Below are positions 1 through 9,193 of a DNA stretch of 64,000 nt, piece after piece. Location: the NCBI GenBank assembly GCA_039818205.1, contig JBCBUK010000006.1, forward strand, positions 32,001 through 96,000. The letters run 5' to 3'. This stretch comes from Verrucomicrobiota bacterium (GTDB lineage: Bacteria; Verrucomicrobiota; Verrucomicrobiia; Opitutales; Cerasicoccaceae). The position numbers were made by a program, and so were the translations under genes. The notes beneath the pieces were generated by a model, which searched no databases, had not been told where the DNA came from, and worked only from the letters and a program-made list of their open reading frames with translations. The number at the start of each line of letters is the position of its first letter. Position 1 is the stretch's first letter.

Positions 1-216
1 GACATTTTGAGTATTGGTGAAAACACGGGTAGCCTGGCACCGAGCTTTCATGAGATCTATAACATGCATGCATCGGAGCTTTCGGGTAAGCTAAAGATGC
101 TCACGCGATTGATTGCTGGCGTTGCGCTGGGCTTTGCCTTCACGCTGGTGTTCATCCTGACTTTGGCTATTGTGATGAGTATTCTGAATATGAGCCAGTC
201 AATGATGGCTCGCTAA
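1..216 (+). CDS. Type II secretion/type IV pilus inner-membrane platform protein (GspF/PilC family), C-terminal fragment
   Basis: Frame is open from base 1: DILSIGENTGSL...E...followed by a hydrophobic helix ending AIVMSILNM. This matches the GspF/PilC C-terminal GE-x-TG-x-L pattern. Confidence 0.75.
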   Translation, partial: DILSIGENTGSLAPSFHEIYNMHASELSGKLKMLTRLIAGVALGFAFTLVFILTLAIVMSILNMSQSMMAR

Positions 217-235
217 TTATTCCGAACTTCCTGGC

Positions 236-1264
236 ATGGACGTACCAACGATTCAGGCGGACAACTGGGAAAAGATCCGACGGTTGTTGTGCGATTTGCA
301 GGATACCTTGCTTGCAACGATTCTTCGGGAGCGGGGCAATCAGAGTCATTCGCTACACGAGGTTGCCCATGTGACCTCGGCTGATGTGATCTACCAGATC
401 GATAAGATCAGTGAGGATACAATCATTGAATGGTTTAATGACAGCTGGCCTCAAGCGTGGTCGGTCGAGATTGTGATGGAAGGCAACGAAGACGAAGAGT
501 CCCTGACTTTTCCTAAACGAACGCCCATTGAGCAGACCCAGTTTAAGTGTATCCTCGACCCCATTGATGGCACGCGCGGTATCATGTATGACAAGCGATC
601 CGCTTGGATTCTTGGTGGGATTGCACCGCAGCTGGGAAGTGAGACCAGCCTCCAAGACATTGTGGTTGGCGCGATGACTGAGCTGCCGACCACCAAACAA
701 TGGCGCGCGGATCAACTGAGTGCCGTCGCCGGTGGGCCATTGATTTCGGATGCCATTGATGTCCGATCGATGACGCATAATCCCATCCATCTGCGTCCGT
801 CGGAGGCGAGAGATTTTAATCATGGTTTTTCGGCGATTGGACGCTTCTTCCCGGACGGCCTTGAACTGCTTGCCCGGATTGAGGCCGAGCTATGGCGCCG
901 GGTCGACAGCACTGAACGAAGCTTCCCCATGATTTTCAGCGACCAATATCTGTCGACGGGTGGTCAGTTCTACGAGTTGATGGCCGGTCATGATCGATTC
1001 CTGGCTGACCTGCGGCCAGCAGTTTTTAAACAACTTGGGCTGGGCGATGCGATGACCTGTCATCCCTACGACATCGCGTTCATGCCTGTTCTTACGGCGT
1101 CGGGAGTGATTGCGGAGAATCCGATTACGGGGGGTCCTGTCGATGCACCGCTGGATACTACTTCGCCTGTTTGTTGGGCGGGCTATGCGAACGCGGACCT
1201 GCAAGCAATGGTGAGTCCACATTTGCGTGACATCTTAATGGAAACTTGTCCGAAGGCATTTTAA
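236..1264 (+). CDS. Inositol monophosphatase/FIG-superfamily metal-dependent phosphatase
   Basis: Signature ILDPIDGT; upstream DKISE and MEG; C-terminal HPYDIA. Confidence 0.75.
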   Translation: MDVPTIQADNWEKIRRLLCDLQDTLLATILRERGNQSHSLHEVAHVTSADVIYQIDKISEDTIIEWFNDSWPQAWSVEIVMEGNEDEESLTFPKRTPIEQTQFKCILDPIDGTRGIMYDKRSAWILGGIAPQLGSETSLQDIVVGAMTELPTTKQWRADQLSAVAGGPLISDAIDVRSMTHNPIHLRPSEARDFNHGFSAIGRFFPDGLELLARIEAELWRRVDSTERSFPMIFSDQYLSTGGQFYELMAGHDRFLADLRPAVFKQLGLGDAMTCHPYDIAFMPVLTASGVIAENPITGGPVDAPLDTTSPVCWAGYANADLQAMVSPHLRDILMETCPKAF

Positions 1265-1266
1265 CA

Positions 1267-2556
1267 ATGAGTCTACCGATACCTGAATCCATTTCTGCAT
1301 GGCGCCATGCAATACAGTCCAATCCCGAACAAGCTGTTGATGCCTTGCTTCGTGGCATTGAATCCCTCCCACAGAATTTGCATCGTTCGGTAATCAGGTG
1401 GACTCCAGAACGTTCGGCTTTTATTAAGGCCATAACTGATTCAGCGTCGGCAGCGGGACCGCTCAGTGGTGTTCCTTACGCCCTGAAGGATTTGTTTGAT
1501 TTCGCGGGGGCTCCGACAACGGCGGGTTCATCGTTTTTGAATGAAGTCCGAGAAACGCCGACCAAGGATAGCCATATGGTTGAGTCGCTTGCTCATCATG
1601 GTGCGGTGATGGCGAGCAAGGTGGCTACCGTGGAGTTTGCCTATGGCCTGTCGGGGGAAAATCAATGGTATGGCGATTGCCCACACCCCTCGGTGAGTGG
1701 CGCCTTGTCTGGTGGCTCGAGCAGTGGCTCTGCCTGGGTGGTCGCGCGCGGTTTAGTTCCGTTTGCGATTGGGACCGATACTGCTGGGTCGGTTCGGGTG
1801 CCAGCTGCGTATTGCGGTTTGTTTGGGTGGCGTGATATCCCCGGTCCGTTTGTTCAAGAGGGCTGCGTTCCGTTGGCGCAGTCTTACGACACGCCAGGTT
1901 GGTTCACGCGCTCAGCCGCAGAGTTACAAATGCTCAATGAGTTGTTGCTGCCGCACGTTCCTGATTCCACAAACCTGCACGTACTCGACTTGAGCAGCCT
2001 CGCCTCTGGCATGGACGATCAGCTGTTAGCGAGAGGGCAGGGTGTATTGCAGTCGCTTGAGGCGGTCGAGGACCCCGTGGCATTGGGACATGCGCAGGAA
2101 GCGTTCGCCGACGTGGCGACGGCTTACAATATCCTGAGTACTCTTGAGATATTTGCTAACCACCAAGATTGGATCGATGCTTATCGCGACCGTTACGATC
2201 CGGTTGTGTGGGCGCGTATTGATCGCGGGCGACATTGGACTGCCGAACAGGTTGGATGGGCCACGGAAAAGCAACGCCGGGTTCGCGAGACCTTTGCGCA
2301 ATTGTTTGCTCGTTACGATGCGATCGCATTGCCGATAACGCCGATTCCCTCGCCTGGTAAAGGTGCCATGACCGAAGACTACCGGTCAGCATTGTTGGCG
2401 TTAAATACTCCTGCGAGTTTGGCGTGCGTCCCTGCGTTGACGATACCGATCAAGCTCGAAGATGGTCGCAGTGGTGGTCTCCAAATTTTGTTTGCTGCCG
2501 AAGAGGATCGAACTTGGAAGGCATCGCGAATTTTGGAGCGATTGGAAACTCTTTAG
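1267..2556 (+). CDS. Amidase-signature family enzyme (GatA/AtzE-like amidase)
   Basis: ALKDLFD, GGSSSGSA and GTDTAGSVRVPAA provide the Lys/cis-Ser/Ser triad motifs. ATG at 1267 is 2 nt after the upstream stop. Confidence 0.9.
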   Translation: MSLPIPESISAWRHAIQSNPEQAVDALLRGIESLPQNLHRSVIRWTPERSAFIKAITDSASAAGPLSGVPYALKDLFDFAGAPTTAGSSFLNEVRETPTKDSHMVESLAHHGAVMASKVATVEFAYGLSGENQWYGDCPHPSVSGALSGGSSSGSAWVVARGLVPFAIGTDTAGSVRVPAAYCGLFGWRDIPGPFVQEGCVPLAQSYDTPGWFTRSAAELQMLNELLLPHVPDSTNLHVLDLSSLASGMDDQLLARGQGVLQSLEAVEDPVALGHAQEAFADVATAYNILSTLEIFANHQDWIDAYRDRYDPVVWARIDRGRHWTAEQVGWATEKQRRVRETFAQLFARYDAIALPITPIPSPGKGAMTEDYRSALLALNTPASLACVPALTIPIKLEDGRSGGLQILFAAEEDRTWKASRILERLETL

Positions 2557-2564
2557 ACCAGACG

Positions 2565-4238
2565 TTAGTTTTTCTTTTTGTTGGCTTCACGTGCGGCTTT
2601 GCGACGGTCTGCTTTTTCACGGAGTTTCTGTTTGATGGCATTCACCGAATTTTGCCAAGCCTTGGCTTGATCGCGATCGCCGAATTGCGAGGCCAATGGA
2701 ATCGCTGAGGGCATGAACTTTAATTTTTCGATGTCGAAAGTTGCCTGATTCGACAGGGTTTTGAGAATTTTATAGGCGGTCTCGCGGTCACCCAATTTGA
2801 CAAGCAATTCAGAAATCTGGAATGCGAGCCCACACTCGTCTGGCGCGAATCCGGGCATTTGCGCAACGAATTTTAGCTGGTCGATCGCCTTGCTATTTTC
2901 GCTACGATTTTCCCACCCCTTGGCGATTGCGTAGGCGAGCGCAAGACCCGGCGCTCGGTGGTAGTTAGAGCGCTCGTATTCGAAAGCTTCGTCGTTGCCT
3001 TGAGTGCGACGAATTCGTTCAGCTTCACGCAAGACAACATACTGGGCGTAGGGGTCATCGGCGGATAGCTTTTCAAGCTGTTCTTCGAGGGTTACCTTGA
3101 AGGGCTTGTACAGTGGATCGCCGATAAACATCGGCATCCAGCTGAGAGCAGGCAGTGCGTAGTAGGCGGCTTCGCAGGTAGTCATGCCATTCACCATGCC
3201 CTCGAGGAAGAGATCCGTGTTGTGGGTAAAATGGAGGAAAGGTTCGTAGACATTGCCAACGGTCGCGGCAATACCCCGCTCAACCAGTGTTCCACCCCAG
3301 CGGCGATTGGGTTCCCGTAGATTTTGGCCAGAGAAGCTTGAAATATGGATGGCGAGGGCGCCGGGCGGAAAACGGTAGGCTGGGTTTTCAAAGCCTCCTA
3401 CTGGGGCGTGTACCCACCATCCAAAGTATATGGCGGCTGCATCGAGTCGGTCAGTCCATTGGAAAACCGATTTTGTCTCATCAACGCTAACCGGGAAGTA
3501 CTGTTGCTCGATTAACTTGCGATCGGTATTGATCCAAGTATCGCCCATTTTATGAGGACCGCCAAGGTCGAAGTAACCCCGGCCCTTAAGGCCGTCGCGT
3601 TCGCCAATGATTGCGCTGTCGATCAAGCGTTTGACTGCCGCGACGCTTGGGCCGTCAAGTCGTGCGACTCGGATGACGTTTGCCAGCATTTGGGGTGCGG
3701 GTTGTTTTTGCTTATAGAGCGGGTTATTTACGGGGCCCGCTAGGGGCGTGTCGGTAACGCAAAGCAGACTTAGTTCGCTGTCCACTGAAGCGGCGGAGTT
3801 TCCCATCGTTTTGTTCTGCGGCTTGGGAAACGCGCTCATCGATTCTTCGGTGTAACCGCTGACTTGATAGGGCAGTCGGCACAAAACGAGATAGCCGATA
3901 CTGTGCCCTTGAAGTTGCATGCGGCGGCGCCCAGCGGAATCCGTTTCATCTTTCCAGACAGCGCGAATCCACCCATTGGCAACAAGCTGTTCCCGCAGTG
4001 GGTTAAAGATCTCGGATACGAATTCTTCTCCGGTAAGTCGCTGAACCCGTCGCACCGGGATCATGATTAGGTTTGCCTCCGGAATGCCGCGCTGCTCCAT
4101 GTAGTATCGCGCGATCTCCAGCGATTCGCGGTCCTTGCTGTTGGCGACAACCACGACATTTTCTGGGCCGATATTCAGCGCGCTAGCCTGCGGAAGAAAG
4201 AGGAAGAGGCATCCTAATAATGCAACAAGACGATACAT
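2565..4238 (-). CDS. TIGR03790-family protein with C-terminal helical/TPR-like region
   Basis: Signal peptide, then NVVVVAN..S.EIARYY..RGIP, ASVDSEL, RLDGP, YFGW, GNVYEP and SW.MFIGDPLYKPF. ATG 4238 chosen to avoid overlap with crcB. Confidence 0.8.
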   Translation of the reverse strand: MYRLVALLGCLFLFLPQASALNIGPENVVVVANSKDRESLEIARYYMEQRGIPEANLIMIPVRRVQRLTGEEFVSEIFNPLREQLVANGWIRAVWKDETDSAGRRRMQLQGHSIGYLVLCRLPYQVSGYTEESMSAFPKPQNKTMGNSAASVDSELSLLCVTDTPLAGPVNNPLYKQKQPAPQMLANVIRVARLDGPSVAAVKRLIDSAIIGERDGLKGRGYFDLGGPHKMGDTWINTDRKLIEQQYFPVSVDETKSVFQWTDRLDAAAIYFGWWVHAPVGGFENPAYRFPPGALAIHISSFSGQNLREPNRRWGGTLVERGIAATVGNVYEPFLHFTHNTDLFLEGMVNGMTTCEAAYYALPALSWMPMFIGDPLYKPFKVTLEEQLEKLSADDPYAQYVVLREAERIRRTQGNDEAFEYERSNYHRAPGLALAYAIAKGWENRSENSKAIDQLKFVAQMPGFAPDECGLAFQISELLVKLGDRETAYKILKTLSNQATFDIEKLKFMPSAIPLASQFGDRDQAKAWQNSVNAIKQKLREKADRRKAAREANKKKN

Positions 4239-4249
4239 GGCCGGATAGC

Positions 4250-4627
4250 CTAGGGGGTCGAAAATTGGATGGCCAGCCTGATTCCAATCCAAACCGCCAG
4301 GATGCAGAGAATCACGTTGAGCGCGATGTTGGCGAGGCCAGCTTCCCAGCTCTGTTCCTTAAACAGGGTGAGCGTTTCAAAGCTAAAGGTGGAGAAGGTC
4401 GTGAATGCGCCGCAAAACCCCGTTGCGAATAGAAATTTGACTCCGTGAGGCACCTGACTGCGAGTGCCCATCCAACCGAGAACCAGACCAATGAGCAGCG
4501 AACCGGAAACGTTAACGATGAACGTCGCCCACGGAAAACCGCCTTTGATGTAGTGACTAATTAAGGCTCGGCTTATTGCCCCCAGTGCGCCGCCAATTGC
4601 GACGTAAATGAGGTGGGTAATGCTCAT
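4250..4627 (-). CDS. crcB: Fluoride efflux channel CrcB/FluC
   Basis: GGALGAISR, FPWATFIVN, TGFCGAFTTFSTFSFE; 125 aa with four TM segments. Confidence 0.95.
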   Translation of the reverse strand: MSITHLIYVAIGGALGAISRALISHYIKGGFPWATFIVNVSGSLLIGLVLGWMGTRSQVPHGVKFLFATGFCGAFTTFSTFSFETLTLFKEQSWEAGLANIALNVILCILAVWIGIRLAIQFSTP

Positions 4628-5643
4628 GAATCTATTCCGCGCGCTCGATTCAGGGCTTTCTGATATTGAAGGATGCCGCTCACGATACCGTCGGCAATCT
4701 TTTCGCGGTAGGCAGCGCTGCCAATGTTGCGGCCCTCACGCGGATGGGTAATGAACCCGCCTTCGACCAGAACTCCCGGGCATTTCAGGTCTCGCAGGAC
4801 GGCGAAACGCGCCCGTTTAAGCCCGCGGTCACTCGCGTTGGTCGAACCGACCATTTCTTTCTGGATGTGGTAGCCTGCCAGAAGGCTCCAAGGGTTGTCT
4901 TGATTGCCCGGGTAAGTCTTTTTTGCCCCAGAGGTCACCTTGCTATGGTTCGTTGAGGGATGTCCCGCCGGCGTCATGACAAAACACTCCGCACCGTCTA
5001 CTTTGGAAGAGTCAACGGCGTTGAAATGGATGCTGATAAAGAGGTCTGCGTTGAGCTTGTTTGCAATTGCGGGACGGTCCTTGAGATCGATAAAGCGGTC
5101 GTTGTCTCGAGTCATCGTGACCTTGTAGCCGTAGCGTTCCAGTTTGGTCTTTAGGCGTTTGGACAGGTCAAGGGCCAAGGACTTCTCCTTGAGCTTGAGC
5201 CCCGAGTTTTGGGCACCACCGTCTTTGCCGCCGTGACCCGCATCAATGACGATGTGATAGAGCTTTGGCTTGGGGTCGAACCGGTGCGGAAACAATAACG
5301 GTTTTAGCGTTTGGGCGTAATCGCGCTCCGAGATGTAGAGATTTTGTTTGTGGAGTGCGATGGGAACACCGAGGTAAACGCGCTGGCCATTGAACTGAAA
5401 ATACCGCTGGTGTAGTTTAAACTTCAGTGATGACCATTTGCTCGCAATCTCGGCGTGGCTGTTGGCGGATAGCCAGCGGTGATCCATACCAAATCGTTTG
5501 GCAACCTCGGGCAGCGAAACATAGGCGTGCCCGTTGATCGTCACCGCATGCGCGTTCGAAACACCAAAGCACGCAACCGCCCAGAGTACCATCGCCAGAA
5601 AAATCTGGTGGTGAGGTTGTCGAACTGCTGGATATCGAATCAT
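4624..5643 (-). CDS. N-acetylmuramoyl-L-alanine amidase (Amidase_3)
   Basis: IDAGHGGKD, E, ISIHFNA and VLVEGGFI zinc-amidase motifs; N-terminal signal sequence. Alternative GTG start at 5673. Confidence 0.92.
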   Translation of the reverse strand: MIRYPAVRQPHHQIFLAMVLWAVACFGVSNAHAVTINGHAYVSLPEVAKRFGMDHRWLSANSHAEIASKWSSLKFKLHQRYFQFNGQRVYLGVPIALHKQNLYISERDYAQTLKPLLFPHRFDPKPKLYHIVIDAGHGGKDGGAQNSGLKLKEKSLALDLSKRLKTKLERYGYKVTMTRDNDRFIDLKDRPAIANKLNADLFISIHFNAVDSSKVDGAECFVMTPAGHPSTNHSKVTSGAKKTYPGNQDNPWSLLAGYHIQKEMVGSTNASDRGLKRARFAVLRDLKCPGVLVEGGFITHPREGRNIGSAAYREKIADGIVSGILQYQKALNRARGIDS

Positions 5644-5685
5644 GGCATTCGTTGGATTCGCAAAATCCCGCACGAAACCTCAGGA

Positions 5686-6315
5686 CTATTCTTCGTGATC
5701 GTCGTCGTCCTCGTCGGGCGCACCGTCATCCGGGTGAAGATTGTATTTAAGCGGCTTCTTTTTGTTGGCGGGAAGCGGTGATACCGTCGTGGTGATATTG
5801 CGGCCCACTTGCTTGGGCGGCGTGTCCGCTTGCCCGATATGATCCAGATCTTTGATCGCTCGCTTCACCACTTCGAAACCAAGTTCAGGGTGTTGCATTT
5901 CGCGGCCCCGGAACATCAAGGTGATTTTGAGCTTGGATCCGTGATCCAAAAATTCTTCTGCGCGGCGAAGCTTGGTGAGGTAGTCATGTTCCTCGATACG
6001 TGCGCGGAACTTTACCTCCTTCAACCGTGATGCGGATTGCGATTTCTTGCTATCCTTCTCCCGCTTGCTTTGTTCGTACATGAACTTCCCGTAGTCCAAG
6101 ATGCGACATACGGGGGGTCTTGCCGTCGGGGAAACTTCCAGGAGGTCAAGCCCGGCTCCTTTGGCAAGTTCGAGTGCCTCGCGGGTCTTCATAACACCGA
6201 TTTGCCTTCCATCAGGTCCAATGACCCGGATCTCGGGAACACGGATGCGTTCGTTTTTGCGGGGCCCTCTTGGCTGATGGCGGCCGCGTCCTCTTCCAAA
6301 TGGCGCTTTTCCCAT
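5686..6315 (-). CDS. infC: Translation initiation factor IF-3
   Basis: NERIRVPEIRVI, LDLLEVSPTARPPVCRILDYGKFMYE, KEVKFR, MFRGRE; ATG at 6315. Confidence 0.97.
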   Translation of the reverse strand: MGKAPFGRGRGRHQPRGPRKNERIRVPEIRVIGPDGRQIGVMKTREALELAKGAGLDLLEVSPTARPPVCRILDYGKFMYEQSKREKDSKKSQSASRLKEVKFRARIEEHDYLTKLRRAEEFLDHGSKLKITLMFRGREMQHPELGFEVVKRAIKDLDHIGQADTPPKQVGRNITTTVSPLPANKKKPLKYNLHPDDGAPDEDDDDHEE

Positions 6316-6416
6316 TAAGAATCGGATACTTGGAAACACCCGAACGGTCGGTGTGCTTCACTTCGGTTATGGCTTGTTTGGATAACGCTATCGCTATTTT
6401 GCATAAATTCTACGTG

Positions 6417-6444
6417 AGTATTGCATGACTAAAAATCATTTCAA
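6417..6444 (-). promoter_or_regulatory. Putative sigma70 promoter upstream of infC (TTGAAA-N16-AATACT, extended TG)
   Basis: Minus strand reads TTGAAA tgatttttagtcaTGc AATACT. Confidence 0.4.
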
Positions 6445-6518
6445 TCTCCTTTTCGTAAATATTCTCCCCTATGGATCTAATCCATTCTGCGGTATTTCCC
6501 CGGGATTGGAGTCAATGT

Positions 6519-7916
6519 CTAGTGGGCTCCTTCGCCACTAAGAACCGCCGGTAGCGTTCGGCACAGGATACGAATATCCAGCCAGAGACTCCACCGATCG
6601 ATATATTCGAGGTCCAGGCGAACCCATTCGGCGAAGTCGCTGATTTCCGAGCGACCCGATACTTGCCAGAGTCCGGTGAGGCCAGGGAGAACGCTGAGGC
6701 GTCGGCGGTCGCGGAAGGCGGAAAACTTTTGAGTCTCGTCAACGGGGAGTGGGCGCGGGCCCACCAGGCTCATCTCGCCCCTGATCACGTTCCATAGCTG
6801 AGGTAGCTCATCGAGACTGTAACGGCGTAGCCAGCGCCCGAATCGAGTTACGCGCGGATCGTTCTTCATTTTGAAAACGGGTCCCGCATGCTCGTTCGCT
6901 TCCTCAAGTGCATCGCGTTGTGCTTCGGCACCGCATTGCATCGTGCGGAATTTCCACATGGCAAACGGGCGTCCCCGCCAACCGGTGCGTTGCTGGCGGA
7001 AAAATACGGGGCCCCTTGAGGTCAGTTTGACGCCGATTGCCAGGGCGATCAAAATCGGGCTCAAGGCGGCTGCTAGGCAAAGTCCACCGATTACATCAAA
7101 TGCCCGCTTGTAAAAGAACTTACCTTCATAGTGTGGGACCGTTGAGAACACGACGATGGGCTCTCCGCCAAACTCATCAAACTCGGGTCGTGCCAACAGG
7201 GGAGATAGGAAGTCAGCCCGGTACCAGACCTCGACTCCTTGTTCTTCCGCCGTCTCGATCGCCCGCTGCGCATTGGGATGATTACCCAGGAGAACCAGAT
7301 CATATCCGCCATTCGATAGCTCGTTTCCCATCGAGTCGATATCATCCAAGGTCGTGACCAGCTTGACTGAGGCATGGTCATGCCGATTGAAGCGTTCCTG
7401 GATGACCGGCGCTTCATCGCCTGGACAGACTAGCAGGGCCCGCAGCGGACGGGCGCGGAAGCGGCGCTGTATGACGAGTTTCCGAAACAGCAGTTCCTTC
7501 ACCAGCAGGTAGCCAGCGAACAGGCCAAAGAATCCAAATAGCAACGATCGGTTGACGTTGACGATCGAGAAGAAAAAGAAAAATACGGTGACGAGGCCGA
7601 GGCCAATCAGCGTTGATTTAAGGACCGCAAAGATAATCTTCCGACGCCCAATGAAGAAATCCATTGAGTAAAAGCGATTCGACCAAAGGGATAAGAACAG
7701 GCACAACAGGATCACCGCAAAGAGCCAGCCCTGGTCGGTTAGGTGCTCAACGCCTTGCAGTTTGAACGGATAGCCGGTCAGCTTGGTTAGCCAGCGTTCG
7801 ATTAGCGGGGAGGCGAAGAAGAGTGTCAGGTAGATCGCCTCAAGAATGACCACCGAAGCCACAGCATCCATCAGGAAACTGCAGGTGCGGTACATTCGCT
7901 TTTGTCGCCCCAACAT
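6519..7916 (-). CDS. Polyprenyl-phosphate glycosylphosphotransferase (initiating sugar transferase, WcaJ/WbaP type)
   Basis: N-terminal TM segments, then KRAFD, F.Q.R.G..G..F..WKFRTM, DPRVT..G..LR..SLDELPQL.NV..GEMSLVGPRP, PGLTGLWQVSGR. Confidence 0.93.
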   Translation of the reverse strand: MLGRQKRMYRTCSFLMDAVASVVILEAIYLTLFFASPLIERWLTKLTGYPFKLQGVEHLTDQGWLFAVILLCLFLSLWSNRFYSMDFFIGRRKIIFAVLKSTLIGLGLVTVFFFFFSIVNVNRSLLFGFFGLFAGYLLVKELLFRKLVIQRRFRARPLRALLVCPGDEAPVIQERFNRHDHASVKLVTTLDDIDSMGNELSNGGYDLVLLGNHPNAQRAIETAEEQGVEVWYRADFLSPLLARPEFDEFGGEPIVVFSTVPHYEGKFFYKRAFDVIGGLCLAAALSPILIALAIGVKLTSRGPVFFRQQRTGWRGRPFAMWKFRTMQCGAEAQRDALEEANEHAGPVFKMKNDPRVTRFGRWLRRYSLDELPQLWNVIRGEMSLVGPRPLPVDETQKFSAFRDRRRLSVLPGLTGLWQVSGRSEISDFAEWVRLDLEYIDRWSLWLDIRILCRTLPAVLSGEGAH

Positions 7917-8011
7917 AAGTGAGCGGCCAATACTACAGAAAACACCTGAGTTTTCAAGACGGTTTCATTCCGTTGAACCCGGAATGACGCCCTAAGCAGG
8001 ATAAGGCCGAA

Positions 8012-8389
8012 TCACACTGAAAAGCTTTCGCCACAAGAGCAACTGCTCTTGGCGTTCGGATTACTGAATTTAAATCCTCCACCAACCATTTTGTCTGAAA
8101 AGTCCATTTCAGTGCCTTTCAGGTAAAGGGCGCTTTTCATATCAACGACGACCGATACGCCACCGGTCGGCACGAGGATGTCGCTTTTCTTGGGTGCACC
8201 AACAAATTTGGTCTTATACGACAGGCCGTTGCAGCCTCCGCCGGTGATCGCGATCCGCAGGTAGGACTTACCATCCTCACGTTCCAGCAAGCTTGTAATC
8301 TTTTTGCCGGCGGCATTCGTGAGTTTTACCAGGCGCTCATCTCCGACGCGGACATCGGCGGGCGGCTGAATGGTGGCATTACTAGACAT
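8012..8389 (-). CDS. HesB/IscA/SufA-family A-type Fe-S carrier
   Basis: GGGCNGLSY and C-terminal NPNAKSSCSCGESF. Confidence 0.93.
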   Translation of the reverse strand: MSSNATIQPPADVRVGDERLVKLTNAAGKKITSLLEREDGKSYLRIAITGGGCNGLSYKTKFVGAPKKSDILVPTGGVSVVVDMKSALYLKGTEMDFSDKMVGGGFKFSNPNAKSSCSCGESFSV

Positions 8390-8431
8390 ACTACTAGCCA
8401 AACCTCGAACCGGGAAAAAATCAAGTATCCG

Positions 8432-9193
8432 TTACGGTTCTGCTTTCGATGGGGTTTCAGTCGTTATGACCTCGTCGACAATCTCGGAGATCGAATAGAC
8501 TTTGAGGAGTAGGGAGCCCTTCTTGCGAGGCGGCTTCATTATCAGGAGAACACGGCTATCGGGAGCAAAGGTAAGGCTGTTCTCAAACAGTAGCTTCGGG
8601 CCGTCTTTGGAGTCTGTTGCGATGCTGATCAGCAGGGGATCTTCATGGTAGGGCAGAAATGAGAAGGCCGGTGAGGGCCCCGGTGGAATGACTAGCCGCT
8701 CTTTGCCCATGCGGGCTATCAGTTGGATGTTTGTGGCATTGATCGCGATAATCGAGCCCCGCGGAAATGATCCCGGACTATCATCGATTCCCAGTACGGT
8801 AAATTCGTGCTTTTGCTCGTTCTTTGTCGGGAGCGACTTGAACATTAGCAATGCGTCGTCCCAGCGCTCGCTGAGATCGTAGGTCGCAACGACAACTCGC
8901 TTGGTGGCCTTTGGGTCACTCTCGGTTGGCGCTGGTTTCTCCCGGAAAAACCTGATGGGGTTCGGTCCGTGGTAGTTGATGGTCTCTGATCGATTTAAAT
9001 TACTGAAACTTAGCTCGGTGACCAATCCAGGTTCGGATTCGACTTTGATCTTATGGAAATTTCCTTTTCCAAGGGGCAGAACACTAAATTGGAGGGCGAT
9101 CGTTTGTGGACGCTCTTCCTGAGCAAACAAGGCCACTCCGGTTCCCCAAAGGATGAACAGGCAGAGGGTTAGATGTCTTTTTCGCTTAACCAT
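8432..9193 (-). CDS. Exported hypothetical protein, coupled to the upstream PilX-like gene
   Basis: Signal peptide; DDS..FP.G....N.T motif; 25-nt overlap with the upstream gene end. Confidence 0.65.
   Translation of the reverse strand: MVKRKRHLTLCLFILWGTGVALFAQEERPQTIALQFSVLPLGKGNFHKIKVESEPGLVTELSFSNLNRSETINYHGPNPIRFFREKPAPTESDPKATKRVVVATYDLSERWDDALLMFKSLPTKNEQKHEFTVLGIDDSPGSFPRGSIIAINATNIQLIARMGKERLVIPPGPSPAFSFLPYHEDPLLISIATDSKDGPKLLFENSLTFAPDSRVLLIMKPPRKKGSLLLKVYSISEIVDEVITTETPSKAEP

Noticed and set aside
4600..4700. Fluoride riboswitch before crcB
   Set aside because: crcB overlaps the amidase stop (ATGA); there is no leader and no motif was seen.
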